Positions 1 through 13,259 of a stretch of DNA of 64,000 nt are shown here, piece after piece; the first letter of the stretch is position 1, and each line of letters opens with the position of its first letter. The position numbers and the translations under genes were made by a program. The notes under the pieces are model-generated. The model did not search any database. It had not been told where the DNA came from and saw only the letters and a program-made list of their open reading frames with translations. Source of the stretch: Phoronis australis. Taxonomy: Eukaryota > Animalia > Phoronida. The stretch covers positions 114,032-178,031 of the forward strand of contig NMRA01000532.1 in assembly GCA_002633005.1 (NCBI GenBank), read 5' to 3'.

Positions 1-80
1 CCCCGAACTGCCAAATTGTATCTGGGAGAATTTTATGGGAGGCCATGGCCCTCTTGTCCCCCCCTAATTCCGCCACTGGT

Positions 81-1318
81 AACTATTACCAGAGTACTAC
101 GTTGTTTGCGATTCCTGACCGACTTCGCCATTCCTGCCTGCCTTTCGATGCTTCGGAGATCCGTCTGCCGTTTCTCTCAGGAAAGGTGCATTGTCCCTAT
201 TTCGATTATACACTGTACATATTGTTTATGGTGCGTTTGAAACGTGCAGTTGTCTGCTGAAAACTGTGCCGGTTTGTACAGCTGTACAGACCCATCGAAG
301 CCGAAGGTGAGTCGATAACCTGGCGGAGCCGAAGCCGGCTTTGGTCGAGGGGGTTGGGGGTGGAGGGGGTCGTGGGTCATGTGGTAGGGGTTGTGGGTCG
401 AGGGAGTCGTGCGCCGAGGGGGTTTTAGGGGTTTTAGAACTATCCGATAATTGACAGTGTTTTGCCAACAGGAGTGACACCTATTGTATACCACATTTAG
501 CAACAGCTTGATCTCTACTCTGTTTCACGGTATTAGAATTTTTCAGTTGAAACGACAGAGTTTCAATCTCTCTATAAACATTTGGGTTTACTTAAATCTA
601 CCATATTTGATTGTTTGTTTCTAGCAGTGGTTTTGATTGCGCTTTACATGTACTCCTTCGACTATTTTAATCACTGACAGTCAGAACTGCAAACCTCAAA
701 TTGGAATATTGTGACTGTAGCTAGATCTAATAAGAACTTACATCAGCCGTCAGCGAAATATGGACGGTGTGACAGGGAAGAATTTTTCCATAATGTCGAA
801 CTCACCAATCAACTATGATATAATTGAAATCAAGTATCGAATCCCCGGGCAAAACCTGTTAAAGATTGCTATGTACATGGTTTTAGCGACATGAAATTCA
901 CATTTTAATAAAGCTTTCTTCATTGCAAAGTCTTGTTGTTTCAATGATACACTTCATTAGAGTGATATTTCGAGCACATCCGTTAACTGATAGCATGAGT
1001 ATTTGTTGACCTGCTTTCTCTTTGAATGAATGAACTTCACAGAACCTATTTTTGGTGAATACCTAGTGTACCGTTTTATCCAAAATCCTACCCATGGGCT
1101 TATATTCACGAAATTAAAATTTCATCACACAATGAGCCAGGGGATCTCATCCATTTGTACTGGTCTTGTGATATTGTGCAACATTTTTGGGTGTCCTTTA
1201 GGGGACGGACTTGTCAAAAAGGAGTCAAGCTTTTGAACTAACGCCCATAGATATTTTTGTGAGAAATTCGATGGACCAAAAATATGTAATGTTATAATTT
1301 GCCTTGGGAAACCACACA
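81..1318 (+). repeat. ~1.25 kb block duplicated at ~5209-7143 (second copy carries a ~0.7 kb insertion)
   Basis: aactattaccagagtactacgttgttt at 81 and 5209. Colinear match resumes at ~5916 (gcgattcctg) and runs to cttgggaaacca (1303 vs 7131). Confidence 0.9.
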
Positions 1319-3154
1319 TATACAAAAGAAGACTGAAAAACCTTCAACCACACTTGGAAGTTGCCAAAATGGAAATTATTAATTACTATGATATAGACAA
1401 ATATATATACCTGAAAGAAACCGTAATCACAAGAAAATTTTTGGGCAGGTGGCTCATTTAGTTACCTGATTTTTTTTGCTCTTATCCCCATATGTCCGCA
1501 CGCGTGTGCGTGTATGTGTAGGTGAATGTGTTTATTATTTGTTATGCTACTTGTGCCAATGAAATATTTATAAAAAAATTCAACCTACTTCATATTCACA
1601 TCTTCTCCATTTGACCAAGCGATCACAGAGTTAATGAGAAACCTGCAAGTTCCTCAGATGAGAAATTTCGATTTCTTCGTTTGCAAAGAGTTGACAGCTC
1701 GCAGTTCTTCTAGACCATACTCGTGCAAGAAGTGACACGTCATAACAAGCCATAGTGTAAAGTGTGGTCTCGAGCAATAACGAGCTGTCAATTGACCTAT
1801 CGCCACGAGTTTGAGTGACTGCTGAACTGACCAATCACAACGTTGAATTCTTGATACACCTTCGTTTCCAAGTTTCCACTTTACCCCAAAAACAACTCGT
1901 TGTCGGGTAAAATTTATTGTTAATTTGTAGACATTTCGCAAAGGGACGGAACTTGCGATTGGTCAGTTCCTTTAAAATCCTTAAAGTATCTCCAAATTGA
2001 CAAAGGAACACATTGATACCACTTTAACAACGGTAAGTTGTTTACATTCGTAGTTGTGATGGACGGTGGGTTTCATTGCGGCTAGGGCTATCTGCCACCC
2101 ACTCTCGGGCCTTGTGTGAACAACAATGAAACATTCTCACGCGCCCGTCTCTGGTTGTCAGATATCTACAAAAGTCGTCCTTTTCAACTGAATTAGAGCA
2201 ATTATACGTGTATTGATGAAACTAGAACCGTTGTTACCACTCCAGTTTCACAAAGTGGCTTTCCTGGTTGGATGAACGTCAAAGTTTTGAGAATATTTCA
2301 AGTGATTGGCCATTGTATTAATTTTTTGTTTTGAGTTTTTTGCCCAGCAGAACGTGCTTAAGAAACAATTGAACTGACCATGTATTTTTACAAAATATTT
2401 AATGTCAGAAATGGCAGACTGTCAGAATACATATTGAGAAACTATTAGAGCTAGTTCCATTGATGTTTCCCAAATTTGAGCATATGTTAAAACCATTGGG
2501 TCAACTTTGTTCACATGTACCTTTGACATCTACACATATTTCAAGATGGTCAATGTGCCCCGAGAATTCTAGAACTTTCTAAGGGCAGATTGTAATAGCC
2601 AATTGTTAAGTAAGCGCATCATTATAATTTGGGCAGAAGATTGGAAAATTGCCAAATGGAATTTAGAAGTTGAAGCTGTAGGACTTGCTTCAGTGAACTG
2701 AAGAAATAGTACAACAGAGCCATCTCGTGAAACATTCTAAAAGGATCTCGGTAAGGGTAAGTGTTAACGAACATGAAGTTAACTATGAACTTGCCACGTG
2801 CATCGTGGGTACTAAAATAAGGCCCATTCATGAATGCGTTACGAACGGCTGTGGCCGGCATACTGTATTGTGGGTGAGAGCGGGATTACGGGGGGTTCGT
2901 TGGCGTCAAGAAGAACCGTGACCAGCAAGTACACTGTCGCAGTACAGTGTGTTTTAGTACGAGGATCGACCAACATGACTGTCATCCAACGAGCGTTGAG
3001 TCCCACAGGCTTGGATAGCACATAAGACGTTTGATTGTTTCTGATTAATTGATTGAAATTATCCTTACAGAGGCCCTAGAGTAGTTGCTCTTCTTCATTG
3101 TTATATTTTAAACTAAAGCCACATTCAACTTCTGTCACAGACTATTTTTTCCAG

Positions 3155-3529
3155 ATCAACGTGTGTGTTCTGTTCGTTTGTGCTATCGGGTCTCTCCGGG
3201 CTGAAGAGACCAAGGCTGGTGATGCTAATGTCGCTGACTTCGAAATACTTTCACTAAAAGACGTCTTAGATCAAAATGGCGAGGAAGACAGCGAGCAGTC
3301 AGAATTCAATGCTCGGTCACTGGAAAATACTGACGAAGAAGGCGACCCTTCCGCCCTTTCCGAGATAGACGCCAACGACGACGACGACAAACTTGAAGAA
3401 CAACAGAGGGGTTTTCACTGGACGAAATGCCGCGTGAGAGAACGCGACATCCGCGTTGTGAGAATACGATGGCGCCGTTACAAACTCGAGAAGTCCGTTG
3501 TAATTACCTGGTGCCGACAGACTGGGTAA
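3155..3529 (+). CDS. Exon of a secreted prepropeptide: signal peptide, acidic propiece, cationic 2-Cys mature peptide (candidate antimicrobial peptide/toxin); start exon not located
   Basis: Acceptor ttttttccag at 3145-3154 (alternative tctgtcacag ending 3140). Hydrophobic INVCVLFVCAIGSLRA, then a ~69-aa region with ~25 D/E, then EEQQR, then GFHWTKCRVRERDIRVVRIRWRRYKLEKSVVITWCRQTG-stop. The stop overlaps a possible donor (GG|GTAAGG). Confidence 0.7.
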   Translation: MNVCVLFVCAIGSLRAEETKAGDANVADFEILSLKDVLDQNGEEDSEQSEFNARSLENTDEEGDPSALSEIDANDDDDKLEEQQRGFHWTKCRVRERDIRVVRIRWRRYKLEKSVVITWCRQTG

Positions 3530-4861
3530 GGGAACAGCATGCCATGTCGATAAATATGAAGTAAATGCACGCTTTCTGCCAAAAATCAACTTCCGAATTA
3601 AGCCTGGGCCCTGGCTTGTGACCACCGAACTTAACCCGAGACTCAGTAACTTAAAAAAAACTAACCAACCACATACTGTGAATTTGTAAAAATTACCAGT
3701 AGCGCGCCAGGCAAATTGGTTAAATGTCGAGTCGACTTTCCAGTAACAGGAAGGCTTCTTTGCTAGTAGCAAGAACATAGGCACCTGCTGGGGTATCAAT
3801 TTAAATACAAAATGATTGCTGGAAGTCTTGTACACGTTGTACCAGACATGTTCAGATTGCTCAGGTGGGTTAATTGCACATATCCCCCGGATAATTTCTA
3901 TACTTCAATGACGTGCAGTTAAAACCTAGCTGATGTAGGTAGAAACCTGACTCAAGGGTCAAGTAGTGTACCTCCGTGGGACTTGAACCCAAGACCGCAT
4001 TGCCTCATATTGGTTGTCACTTATCTTATGATTTTCTTTTTTACTTTGACGATTAGAGGAAAGAGCTTACCTTACCAAAATGTTTTAGTCTCAGACGTGT
4101 ACGTACTTACGTTTAGACACACACGATGCTGTCTCTCGTTTGGAGGAAAACAGTTGTCTTGAAAAGTTCTCTTGTACTTGGCAAAGATCAGTTCCGGTTG
4201 CATAAAACAGTCCAAAAGAGGTACCCAACGAAGTTCCCTAAATGTATGACGTATTTGTGGAAAACGTCGATTGCCCTTTCTTATACTAATGTACTTTCAT
4301 TACTGAGTCAATGCTTGGCTCTGATATAAATCAAGACTCAACTCTACGTTGAATTCTCAATGTTATTGAAAATAAGTAGGGATCTTTTCATGTACCGTCC
4401 GTAATTTAAGGATTAGTCCCCATTTATTTTGACTGAAATAAGGTCTTGGTTATAATTTGTATGATTAGAAAATGTCATTTTTCATAGAGGGTCACATAAT
4501 AACGATAAACTGACAGAAAAATAATACATCTGTGACTCCAGAAGTTAAGCAAATGATTCAGGGAACTTAGATGAGTCCCTTGAGACTGTTTCATGCACAG
4601 AGGTCTAGACCATTTGCTGTGAACTTTGCCTGAACAAATTATATTACCCTAAACTCATATAAAATCTCGATCAGAGTTATTCAGTGTTCTTACTTGCATT
4701 GTGTTCTTGCAGAGCGAGATGTTCGACACGCGAAATACCTCATGGCGCATGTCACCAGTTCTTCGTCCGTGTGCGCAGACGTGCGTTCTGCTACTTCTAC
4801 CGCAGAAATGAGAGGATCGTGTTTCGAGTCCCGCGATGTAACTGCAGTCATCATGACAATT

Positions 4862-4975
4862 GGTACGGCTAATTGAGGATAGTTGTAAAACCCCTTCGAT
4901 CCCCTCGTCCCCAACATCCCTCTACCCCCTCGACCCACAACCCTCACGACCCACGACCCCCTCGACCCACGACCT
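4862..4975 (-). repeat. Inverted copy of the G-rich GGGTCGTGGGTCGAGGGG minisatellite-bearing repeat
   Basis: cccctcgacccacaaccc units plus ggatagttgtaaaacccc; reverse complement of ~340-455 and 6180-6295. Confidence 0.75.
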
Positions 4976-5208
4976 GCGGTAATATTTTTTGCCCATTTTA
5001 CACAGTTCATAATCTTATTAGGTCGGTGAGTAACTTTCATTCAAGACGTACCTGCACGAATCTGCTCAGGCTCAAGCCTGCATGGTGATTAAAATTAAAC
5101 AGAAAGTGGCTCAAGAACATGATTTGAAATGGCGGATATTGAGCATGCTATCGTTCGTCACAGAAATAGTTCAATGCGCGCTCGCAATTCATTACCAGGG
5201 GGGAGGTT

Positions 5209-7143
5209 AACTATTACCAGAGTACTACGTTGTTTTTGGACGTAATGTCTGAACTCTTAACTTTAAATTTATGCCGGGCAAAGTGAACTTGCAACTAATT
5301 GCCGTCACGTGGTACAACAGCGAGGTCCCGGACGATCATTGGCCTCACAGATTTTTTGCGAAAATAAAATAAAAATAAAAACACTTTCACGTATAAGAAA
5401 ATCGAAGATTTTTATTAAAAATCTCCAAACAACTGTTGAAGTGTAATTCTCAATTGAACTTTGGGCATTTCATCCATCGGCTTCATTGTCACCCATTTTG
5501 TCTCTTCACTAGTACTTATTCTGTGTCACGTACGTATGGCAAGACTATCGTTAAAGACGTTTATAATGTGTTATTACCTCTTTTGATAAATATTCTTGAT
5601 GTAGTAAATTCGCGTTTTGAGTTTTGTTGCATGAGACACTTTTACAGCGGACGAACACATTAGTGCATAGCAGGCGTGCGTTCTGTAACACTAGGACCTA
5701 CGCTAGGACGTAGTTAAAACCTAGCCAGTGACATGTTCTCATTTAAAATGCACGGCAATAATTTCACGTATCTTTCGAAATTTTGCTTTTTAACGAGGTC
5801 GTTACTGAACAACGGGAGGCAGGTCTCCTGCAAACAGAGCGTGTGACAGCTTGCGTGTCAACTTTCCCAGCCAGCTGTAGTCGCACTCATATCCGTCAAA
5901 CTGAAAAATAGTTCGCGATTCCTGTCCGTCGTCGTCATTCCTGTCGTGCTACATGTCACAAAAAGAGCGTCATCCTGCCTTTCGATGCTTCGGACGTCCG
6001 TCTGCCGTTTCTCTCAGAAAAGGTGCATTGTTCCTGTTTCGATTATATTCTGTACATTTTGTTTATGGTGCGTTTGAAACGTGCAGTTGTCTGCTGCTAG
6101 TTGCGCCGGTTTGTGCAGCTGTACAGACCCATAGAAGCCATAAGTGAGTCGATAACCTGACGGAGCCGAACCCGGCTTTGGTCGAGGGAGTTGTGGGTCG
6201 AGGGGGTCGTGGGTCGTGTGGTCGAGGGGTTGTGGGTCGAGGGGTTCGAGGGTGTCGAGGGAGTTGGAGGGGCTTTGGAACTATCCGCTACTTGACAGTG
6301 TTTTGCCAACAGGACTGACACCTATTGAATACCACATTTAGCAACAGCTTGAGTTCTAACCTGTTTCACGGTATTATAATTTTTCAATTGAGACGGCCGA
6401 GGGTAAATCAATCAATAAACATTTGGGTTTACTTAAATCTACCACATTTGATTGTTTGTTTCTAGCAGTGCCTTTAAATTGCGCTTTACATGTACTTCTT
6501 CGTCGAGTTAAATCATTGACATTCAGAACTGCAAACATCATATTGGAATATTGTGACTTTAGCTAGATCTGATATGAATTTACATAAGCAGTCAACGTAA
6601 TATGGACGGTGTGACAGGGAAGAATTTTTCCATAACGTCGAACTTGCCAATCAGCTATCATATAAGTGAAATCATGTATCGAATCCCCGGGCAAAACCTG
6701 CTAAAGATTGCGATATACGTGGTTTTAGCGACATAAAATTAAACTTTTAATAAAGTTTCTTCATTGCAAAGTCTTGTTGTTTCAATGCTACACTTCACTA
6801 GAGTGATATTTCGAGCACATCCGTTGACTGATAGCATGATTGTATTTCTTGACCTGCTCTCTCTTTGAATGAATGAACTTCACAGAACCTATTTTTGGTT
6901 AATACCTGGTGTACGGTTTTATCCAAAATCCTACCCATGGGCTTATCTTCACGAAATTAATATTTTATCACACAATGAGCGAGGGGATCTTATTCATTTG
7001 TAATATTATTGTGATATTGTGTCCTTTAGGGGACGGACTTGTCAAAAAACGAATCAAGCTTTTTAACTAACGCCCATAGATATTGTTGTGAGAAATTCGA
7101 CGGACCAAAATATGTAATGTTATAATTTATCTTGGGAAACCAA
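5209..7143 (+). repeat. Second copy of the 81-1318 block
   Basis: Direct alignment by eye, including the GC-rich gggtcgtgggtcgagggg minisatellite (340-430 vs 6180-6270). Confidence 0.9.
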
Positions 7144-7614
7144 AGTAGGTTGAATTTTTTATAAATATTTCATTGTAGCATAACAAATAATATGAATTAT
7201 TAAACGCACATTCACCTACACATACACGCACATGCGTGATTATTTTATTTTCTCCAAAATCACATATTCACGACTTCCTGCTCACAGAGCGGTGACAGCA
7301 ATTCTAATGCTCTTGCACTTAGATTCCTGAAATACATGATAAATATATCATTCTCAACCAGAGTTTTGCAATTTTTGTTCGCCTAAAGCTAACTGTATTC
7401 GTAACAAATATTCGCCCTGAACAAGGAATCCTCAGTCTAAAATGGCGTACTTCCTGATCCGGGTAGAACAGAGCTGAAGCTGGGCGTATTTTACTCACAA
7501 CACATTCAAAGAACTTCTGAATAACATTTGTAGGAATCTCTCCCATTCACTACAAAGAAATGTCATCAAACTTAACCCGCGACATTTTTTCATTTTCGGG
7601 AAGCTATAGTACAG

Positions 7615-7894
7615 CAGTGGCAGATCTACGATTTCAGTAAGGGGGGGGGGGTTTAGGATTCGAGAGAATTCGAGGCGCCTAGCGCCGNNNNNNNNNNNNN
7701 NNNNNNNNNNNNNNNNNNNNNNNNNNNNNNNNNNNNNNNNNNNNNNNNNNNNNNNNNNNNNNNNNNNNNNNNNNNNNNNNNNNNNNNNNNNNNNNNNNNN
7801 NNNNNNNNNNNNNNNNNNNNNNNNNNNNNNNNNNNNNNNNNNNNNNNNGGGGGGGGTTTAAACCCCCTGAACCCCCCCTGTAGATCCGCCTCTG
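7615..7894. mobile_element. MITE with CAGTGGC(A/G)GATC termini and 6-bp TSD
   Basis: gtacag|cagtggcagatcta ... tagatccgcctctg|gtacag. Related copies at 57667-57825, ~13527 and a 3' end at 1-78. Confidence 0.8.
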
Positions 7895-10800
7895 GTACAG
7901 ATGCCCGAACCATCCAAAGATTTGGACCATGCTGAACCGGAAGTGACTAATGATGAATGTATTTGGAAGATCAGGCGTTCGTTCAGTAACGCTAGGACCT
8001 ACGCTAGGACCACACTTTGCGAACGAAGATCATGTGTGTGAATCCCAACAAGCCCGCATTTTTTATTCCCTTTTCTCCTTGTTCGCAAACGAGAGGGACT
8101 GGCTCCCTACACAAAATCCATCTATGACAAATGAAATTCTGGAAATCCAAAATCTCGATTCTGGTTGTGGAGAATCGATTGTGGTAGTCAAAACTCGATT
8201 CGAGTATTTCAGACTTGCACGTGCGACAACGATTTTAGATGCACATCGGTTCGCGCATGTATTAGGCTCGTGTGCCTCTTGTGACAACAGCATGCATCAA
8301 ACGAATGGGGCTATTGGGAGAATTCTCCTCGCGGTGTCGCTGCTGTACTAGTGGTGATTGAATTGCGCATGCGTGGGTGTCTGCATGTAAACAACTGGTA
8401 AAAGATGGAATTTTTATCAAAATACGTCGTCGCGCTAAGCCTTATTACTGCTAATTTCCTTGGTGCAAGTCTTTGACAGGTGGCCACAAATTCCCAAAAG
8501 ACCTAAGGTTACTATATTCGTGGACAATTGCGGTCAAAAGGGTCAACTAACTGACAAAAAGTGTGTGGATGCTGAAGCCCCGTGTGTGCTCTATGAGTAT
8601 GACTACGCAGTTCCGTTCGGAGACTACACAACATTACTTGGTAAGTTTTTAGCAATCAAATTTCTATCAGCATCGTTCGGAGATGTTATCCCCACCAGTT
8701 ACCCCACTGAATGACATGTTTATTGAGTGGAACTAAGTGTTTCTTTTAGGAAACTCACCCGATGCCGGGTAGGCTAGCAGCACATATTCATAATGGGTGG
8801 GAGTGCTCCCAAAATAAGAGGTGTATGGTACTTGATGCACAGAAGTCAAGGGCGACTTTTTCACAGCAGTTTCTCTTCAAAACTATGCTGTTTCCAATAA
8901 AATTCTCTAGATGAGTGGGTTTCCTTATTTTATCGCGGACCCCACCCCCAGGACTACCAGATCAGTTATCGAATTAACATGATAAGCCTTAATTCAGTTT
9001 GCCATTTGTTTTTAAGTACACTGATAATTGTTTATTCTCGAATCTTGTGCATAGCATATTCTTATCCAGCTAGCTACAAACATACAATGACAATCGATGC
9101 AGTCACTGAATGTCATTTCCCCATAATCTGTACCAAATTGAAAAGTTTTTACCAATAGTATAAAGCCTTTCTTCTGAAAGGAAAAATTAATGTCACTCAG
9201 CTTTTGGCTTTCATTTCACTGGGTTCTAGTTTCAATGGCCTATAGAAGCGCTTGTAAAAAAGGTCCAGTTTCAACACGTGGCTTTCTTTCATGTAACCTC
9301 ATTTAGCCTCAATAACATCCACAATTAGACCCTTGAAGGTAAATACAGCAGCGCATCACTTGAATCGTTTTGAGCCCAAAATCAGACTCTGAACTAGACC
9401 AGAGTGTGACTAGGTCTTCTTTAGCTTCAGTCCCTCATGTTTCTTCCAGGAAAGGAAATAANNNNNNNNNNNNNNNNNNNNNNNNNNNNNNNNNNNNNNN
9501 NNNNNNNNNNNNNNNNNNNNNNNNNNNNNNNNNNNNNNNNNNNNNNNNNNNNNNNNNNNNNNNNNNNNNNNNNNNNNNNNNNNNNNNNNNNNNNNNNNNN
9601 NNNNNNNNNNNNNNNNNNNNNNNNNNNNNNNNNNNNNNNNNNNNNNNNNNNNNNNNNNNNNNNNNNNNNNNNNNNNNNNNNNNNNNNNNNNNNNNNNNNN
9701 NNNNNNNNNNNNNNNNNNNNNNNNNNNNNNNNNNNNNNNNNNNNNNNNNNNNNNNNNNNNNNNNNNNNNNNNNNNNNNNNNNNNNNNNNNNNNNNNNNNN
9801 NNNNNNNNNNNNNNNNNNNNNNNNNNNNNNNNNNNNNNNNNNNNNNNNNNNNNNNNNNNNNNNNNNNNNNNNNNNNNNNNNNNNNNNNNNNNNNNNNNNN
9901 NNNNNNNNNNNNNNNNNNNNNNNNNNNNNNNNNNNNNNNNNNNNNNNNNNNNNNNNNNNNNNNNNNNNNNNNNNNNNNNNNNNNNNNNNNNNNNNNNNNN
10001 NNNNNNNNNNNNNNNNNNNNNNNNNNNNNNNNNNNNNNNNNNNNNNNNNNNNNNNNNNNNNNNNNNNNNNNNNNNNNNNNNNNNNNNNNNNNNNNNNNNN
10101 NNNNNNNNNNNNNNNNNNNNNNNNNNNNNNNNNNNNNNGTATCGTATCACATATCACAACATACAAAGATTAACCAGACTCTGGCTGGCGACTGACTGCC
10201 GCGAAGTCGACATCGGCGAGTGCCTCAGTTAACAGGCATCGGTAGAATAATCATGGAATAATCGTTAAAATAATCATAAACCTTACCTTTGTATGAGGTC
10301 GTGCTTACTTCCTCTCATAGAAGCACCCTTTTTACGCAATCTCAGATTCAGTTGACACGGTTGCAAACCATTTCACCATGTATTTAAAGGGCTCGCGAAA
10401 TCGAGGCTGTTAATCTATCACCACTATTACACGCACGCCCTCTAGTTATTGCAGATTTTCCGAATAGCCCCATTGGTGAATCATGATCTACAATGCAAGT
10501 TTACATTTGCCCTACAAGCCAGAGTAGACGAAGTCACAAGCTCATTTGTCTGCCTCAGATGAATGAACCAACCGCTAATAAAATAGGTGTAGCTGGTAAT
10601 TCAGTCAGTAGACCCTTTCTAATACATGCCACACGCACATTCTTAGGAAATCTGATCTTTTCTCGAAAAATCGCATTGAAATGACGGTAACAAAAACTTT
10701 TCTCACGTGCCACATCAACAGTATTTATGTATGTTCTCAAAAGTCAACTCGCTATGATGACTGTCTGTTTTCATAAACTCGTGTTCTCTCGCACAGTGGT

Positions 10801-13259
10801 AAAGCCGTTATAGGTTTATGGTTATGAGCACGCGCGTTGCCATCATATAAGTAAGAGTTATTAGCATTACGTATATACAGAAGTCCGTTTGTGCAAAGTG
10901 TAAATCACAAGAGGGGTAACTTTGCAGCTCGCCCTTGACACCCCCAGACTAACTAAAAATCTAGCAATAATTTTGACACATATAAAGGAATCTCGTTCGA
11001 CAGACAAATTACTTTCAAAGCATCAACGAACCCGCGTTCCATGGAAGAAACTGACATTTGATTTAAACCATTTACGGCTATAAACTTGGTCTCAACTTGC
11101 TCCTCAGATCATTCAGATGACAAGTTCATTACATATGCGCAATATCGATGCAAATTCATAGAATTTGCGACTTGAGAACACTTGATATATGAATGTTCAA
11201 TTGTCTGTATCCCAATCTTTTAAATGTAACATATCCTTGCTTTTCCCTGAAGTTACAAAGGAGTCACTTCAATCGAGAGATATCCCCAAAACAGGAACAT
11301 GTATGTAATGCACCTTTGCTATCAATTTATCAATTATTTTTTATTTGCTATCCATTTTTCTGTCTTGAAAAAATATCATTCTTTACTGACACCCATTATG
11401 TTGGAGAACCACACGGCATTAAAATCCACTTATTCAATTCTATATTGAATCCCTTGAATAATAATCGAGACCACATTCGTTAAAAAGATTTACATACCAA
11501 GTTTGGTTTACGTTATTTTTGTTAAAGTTCTTACTAAGAATTGAAAGCAGTCAGTATATTTTATAGCCAACGAGAAATACTGATCAAAATTTAGCGTAGC
11601 AGCATGGTCGATGTTTATGAAGGTTGGACACAAGACAGCTGATAAGCGGATTCAGCATTGGTAAGTTGAAAGGGCTATGGGTATTGCGATCGTTGGTGAA
11701 TGTCAATGCACAGAATTGTTGTTAATTGACCACCAAGTAAATTGTTTGTCCGTGCATTAACCTGCAGTTGGAATTGAAGGACTTTGAAAAGGTCTGTCAA
11801 CAGGCCTTTGTTCCCACTATTTCCTTTTGATCCATGGAATAACTGATCTGTATTCAAATTCTTTAAACAGTTGGCATCACTGGTGCATCCTGTGAATAAT
11901 GTGCATCTACCACCGATCACTGCTAGCTTGTTTCCAACTCTAAGATGGTCCTAATGTACAAGGTAACATCACAGATACCAGATATCGATTAGCAAAACAT
12001 CCTCATGTACGCTGAAAATAAATTAGATTTGCCTCCCCGTTTCCCTACAACTGAGCACAGACCTATAGAATAAGGTTTACAATCCAGAGCAACAGCCTCA
12101 CAGGAATAGGCCATAGTCCCAGCTTTCCTATCTTTCACGTCCGTGACTACTTCAGAGGAACAATGGGAACTTTGAACTTTAATTCAAAGAAGGATTAGTA
12201 AGAATCTTAGTTGGAAATAACAAACCTCAGATATTTTGTTAGCCACTAGGTGTCAATGCAATATGATCAGAACAGCCAATCAAACTACAGGAAAATATTG
12301 TGTCCAAGATGTCTGCTTCCTGAATCATTCTGTTCTTCACCAACCAAACAGGAGTTTTGCGCCAGCTAGCTGTTACACTGCTGGGAAGATGAATTATTGT
12401 ATAATTTCATGCATTGTTGAAACAGCAATAGACTGTCAAGACTTCTGTCCCTTGTTCCATTCACATTAATTAGGAGTCTGCTCACATTTTTGAGCTTCTG
12501 GAATTTACAGACATAACCTCCCGAGTCATTTAAGGCTGCTGATTTTGAAAACAAGTGGATCGAATTTGAGTGCAGAGAAAGCCTCATTGCTGAGAAGTTT
12601 TTAAGTTTTGTGACAAAACAGAACTACGCTAACACAGTGTTACAGAAATTTACTGGTGTGACGGAACTTGAAGGAGCTCTTAAACAAGGAAAAACGATTA
12701 AGCTGACCAATGAAACATTAAAAGTGTTTAGCTTAGTGCTAGTAGCAAAAAACCAAGGAAGTTGTCAGTTGTGTTTAACAGTACTCAAAGGAAGATGCAC
12801 GTGCTGCCTCCATATTGCATCATTTGCCAGAAAACGATGTGGGTTACAACTTACCGACAACCACACAAAAAAGAAAACATGAAAAATTGTCCAACTTTGA
12901 AACATTGAGTGACAAGTACCTTAGTTGAAAAATCTATAAATTACGGTAAAAATCTCTTGTTTGGGATATAGAAAATTTTACTTTTTGCTAGAGGTCCGAG
13001 CTTGTCCCAAATTTTGGAAATTTGCTCTCAATTGGGCATCCCGGCAAACTCAAAGGCACTGGCGGCATTTTAATTAACATTTAAGTGATTGTCACTGCTT
13101 TTTATGAACTTTCAAGCCTATTTTCCGACCATGTCATGAAAAAATGCAGTGTTTAGAATTTGAGACAAATAAAAAAGGCAAAAATAGTCCGTGCCCCAAA
13201 TTTTGTAATCAAGACAATTGAATGTTAGCTCAGATTTCGAGCTATGTCAGAATCTTACA

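Noticed and set aside
177-503. Pro/His-rich ORFs (also 4873-5088, 6097-6321)
   Set aside because: Translations of the GC-rich minisatellite.
3410-3526. Idea that the cationic peptide is the ligand or blocker of the neighbouring DEG/ENaC channels
   Set aside because: Only ~16 kb proximity supports it. It has no RFamide/Wamide motif, and linkage does not imply function in animal genomes.
3970-4000. tRNA gene (gggacttgaaccc B-box-like motif)
   Set aside because: No complete cloverleaf; more likely a SINE fragment.
9370-10195. Long ORFs in the supplied track (also 7653-7930, 30961-31409, 51856-52475)
   Set aside because: Artefacts of N gaps and the TG microsatellite.
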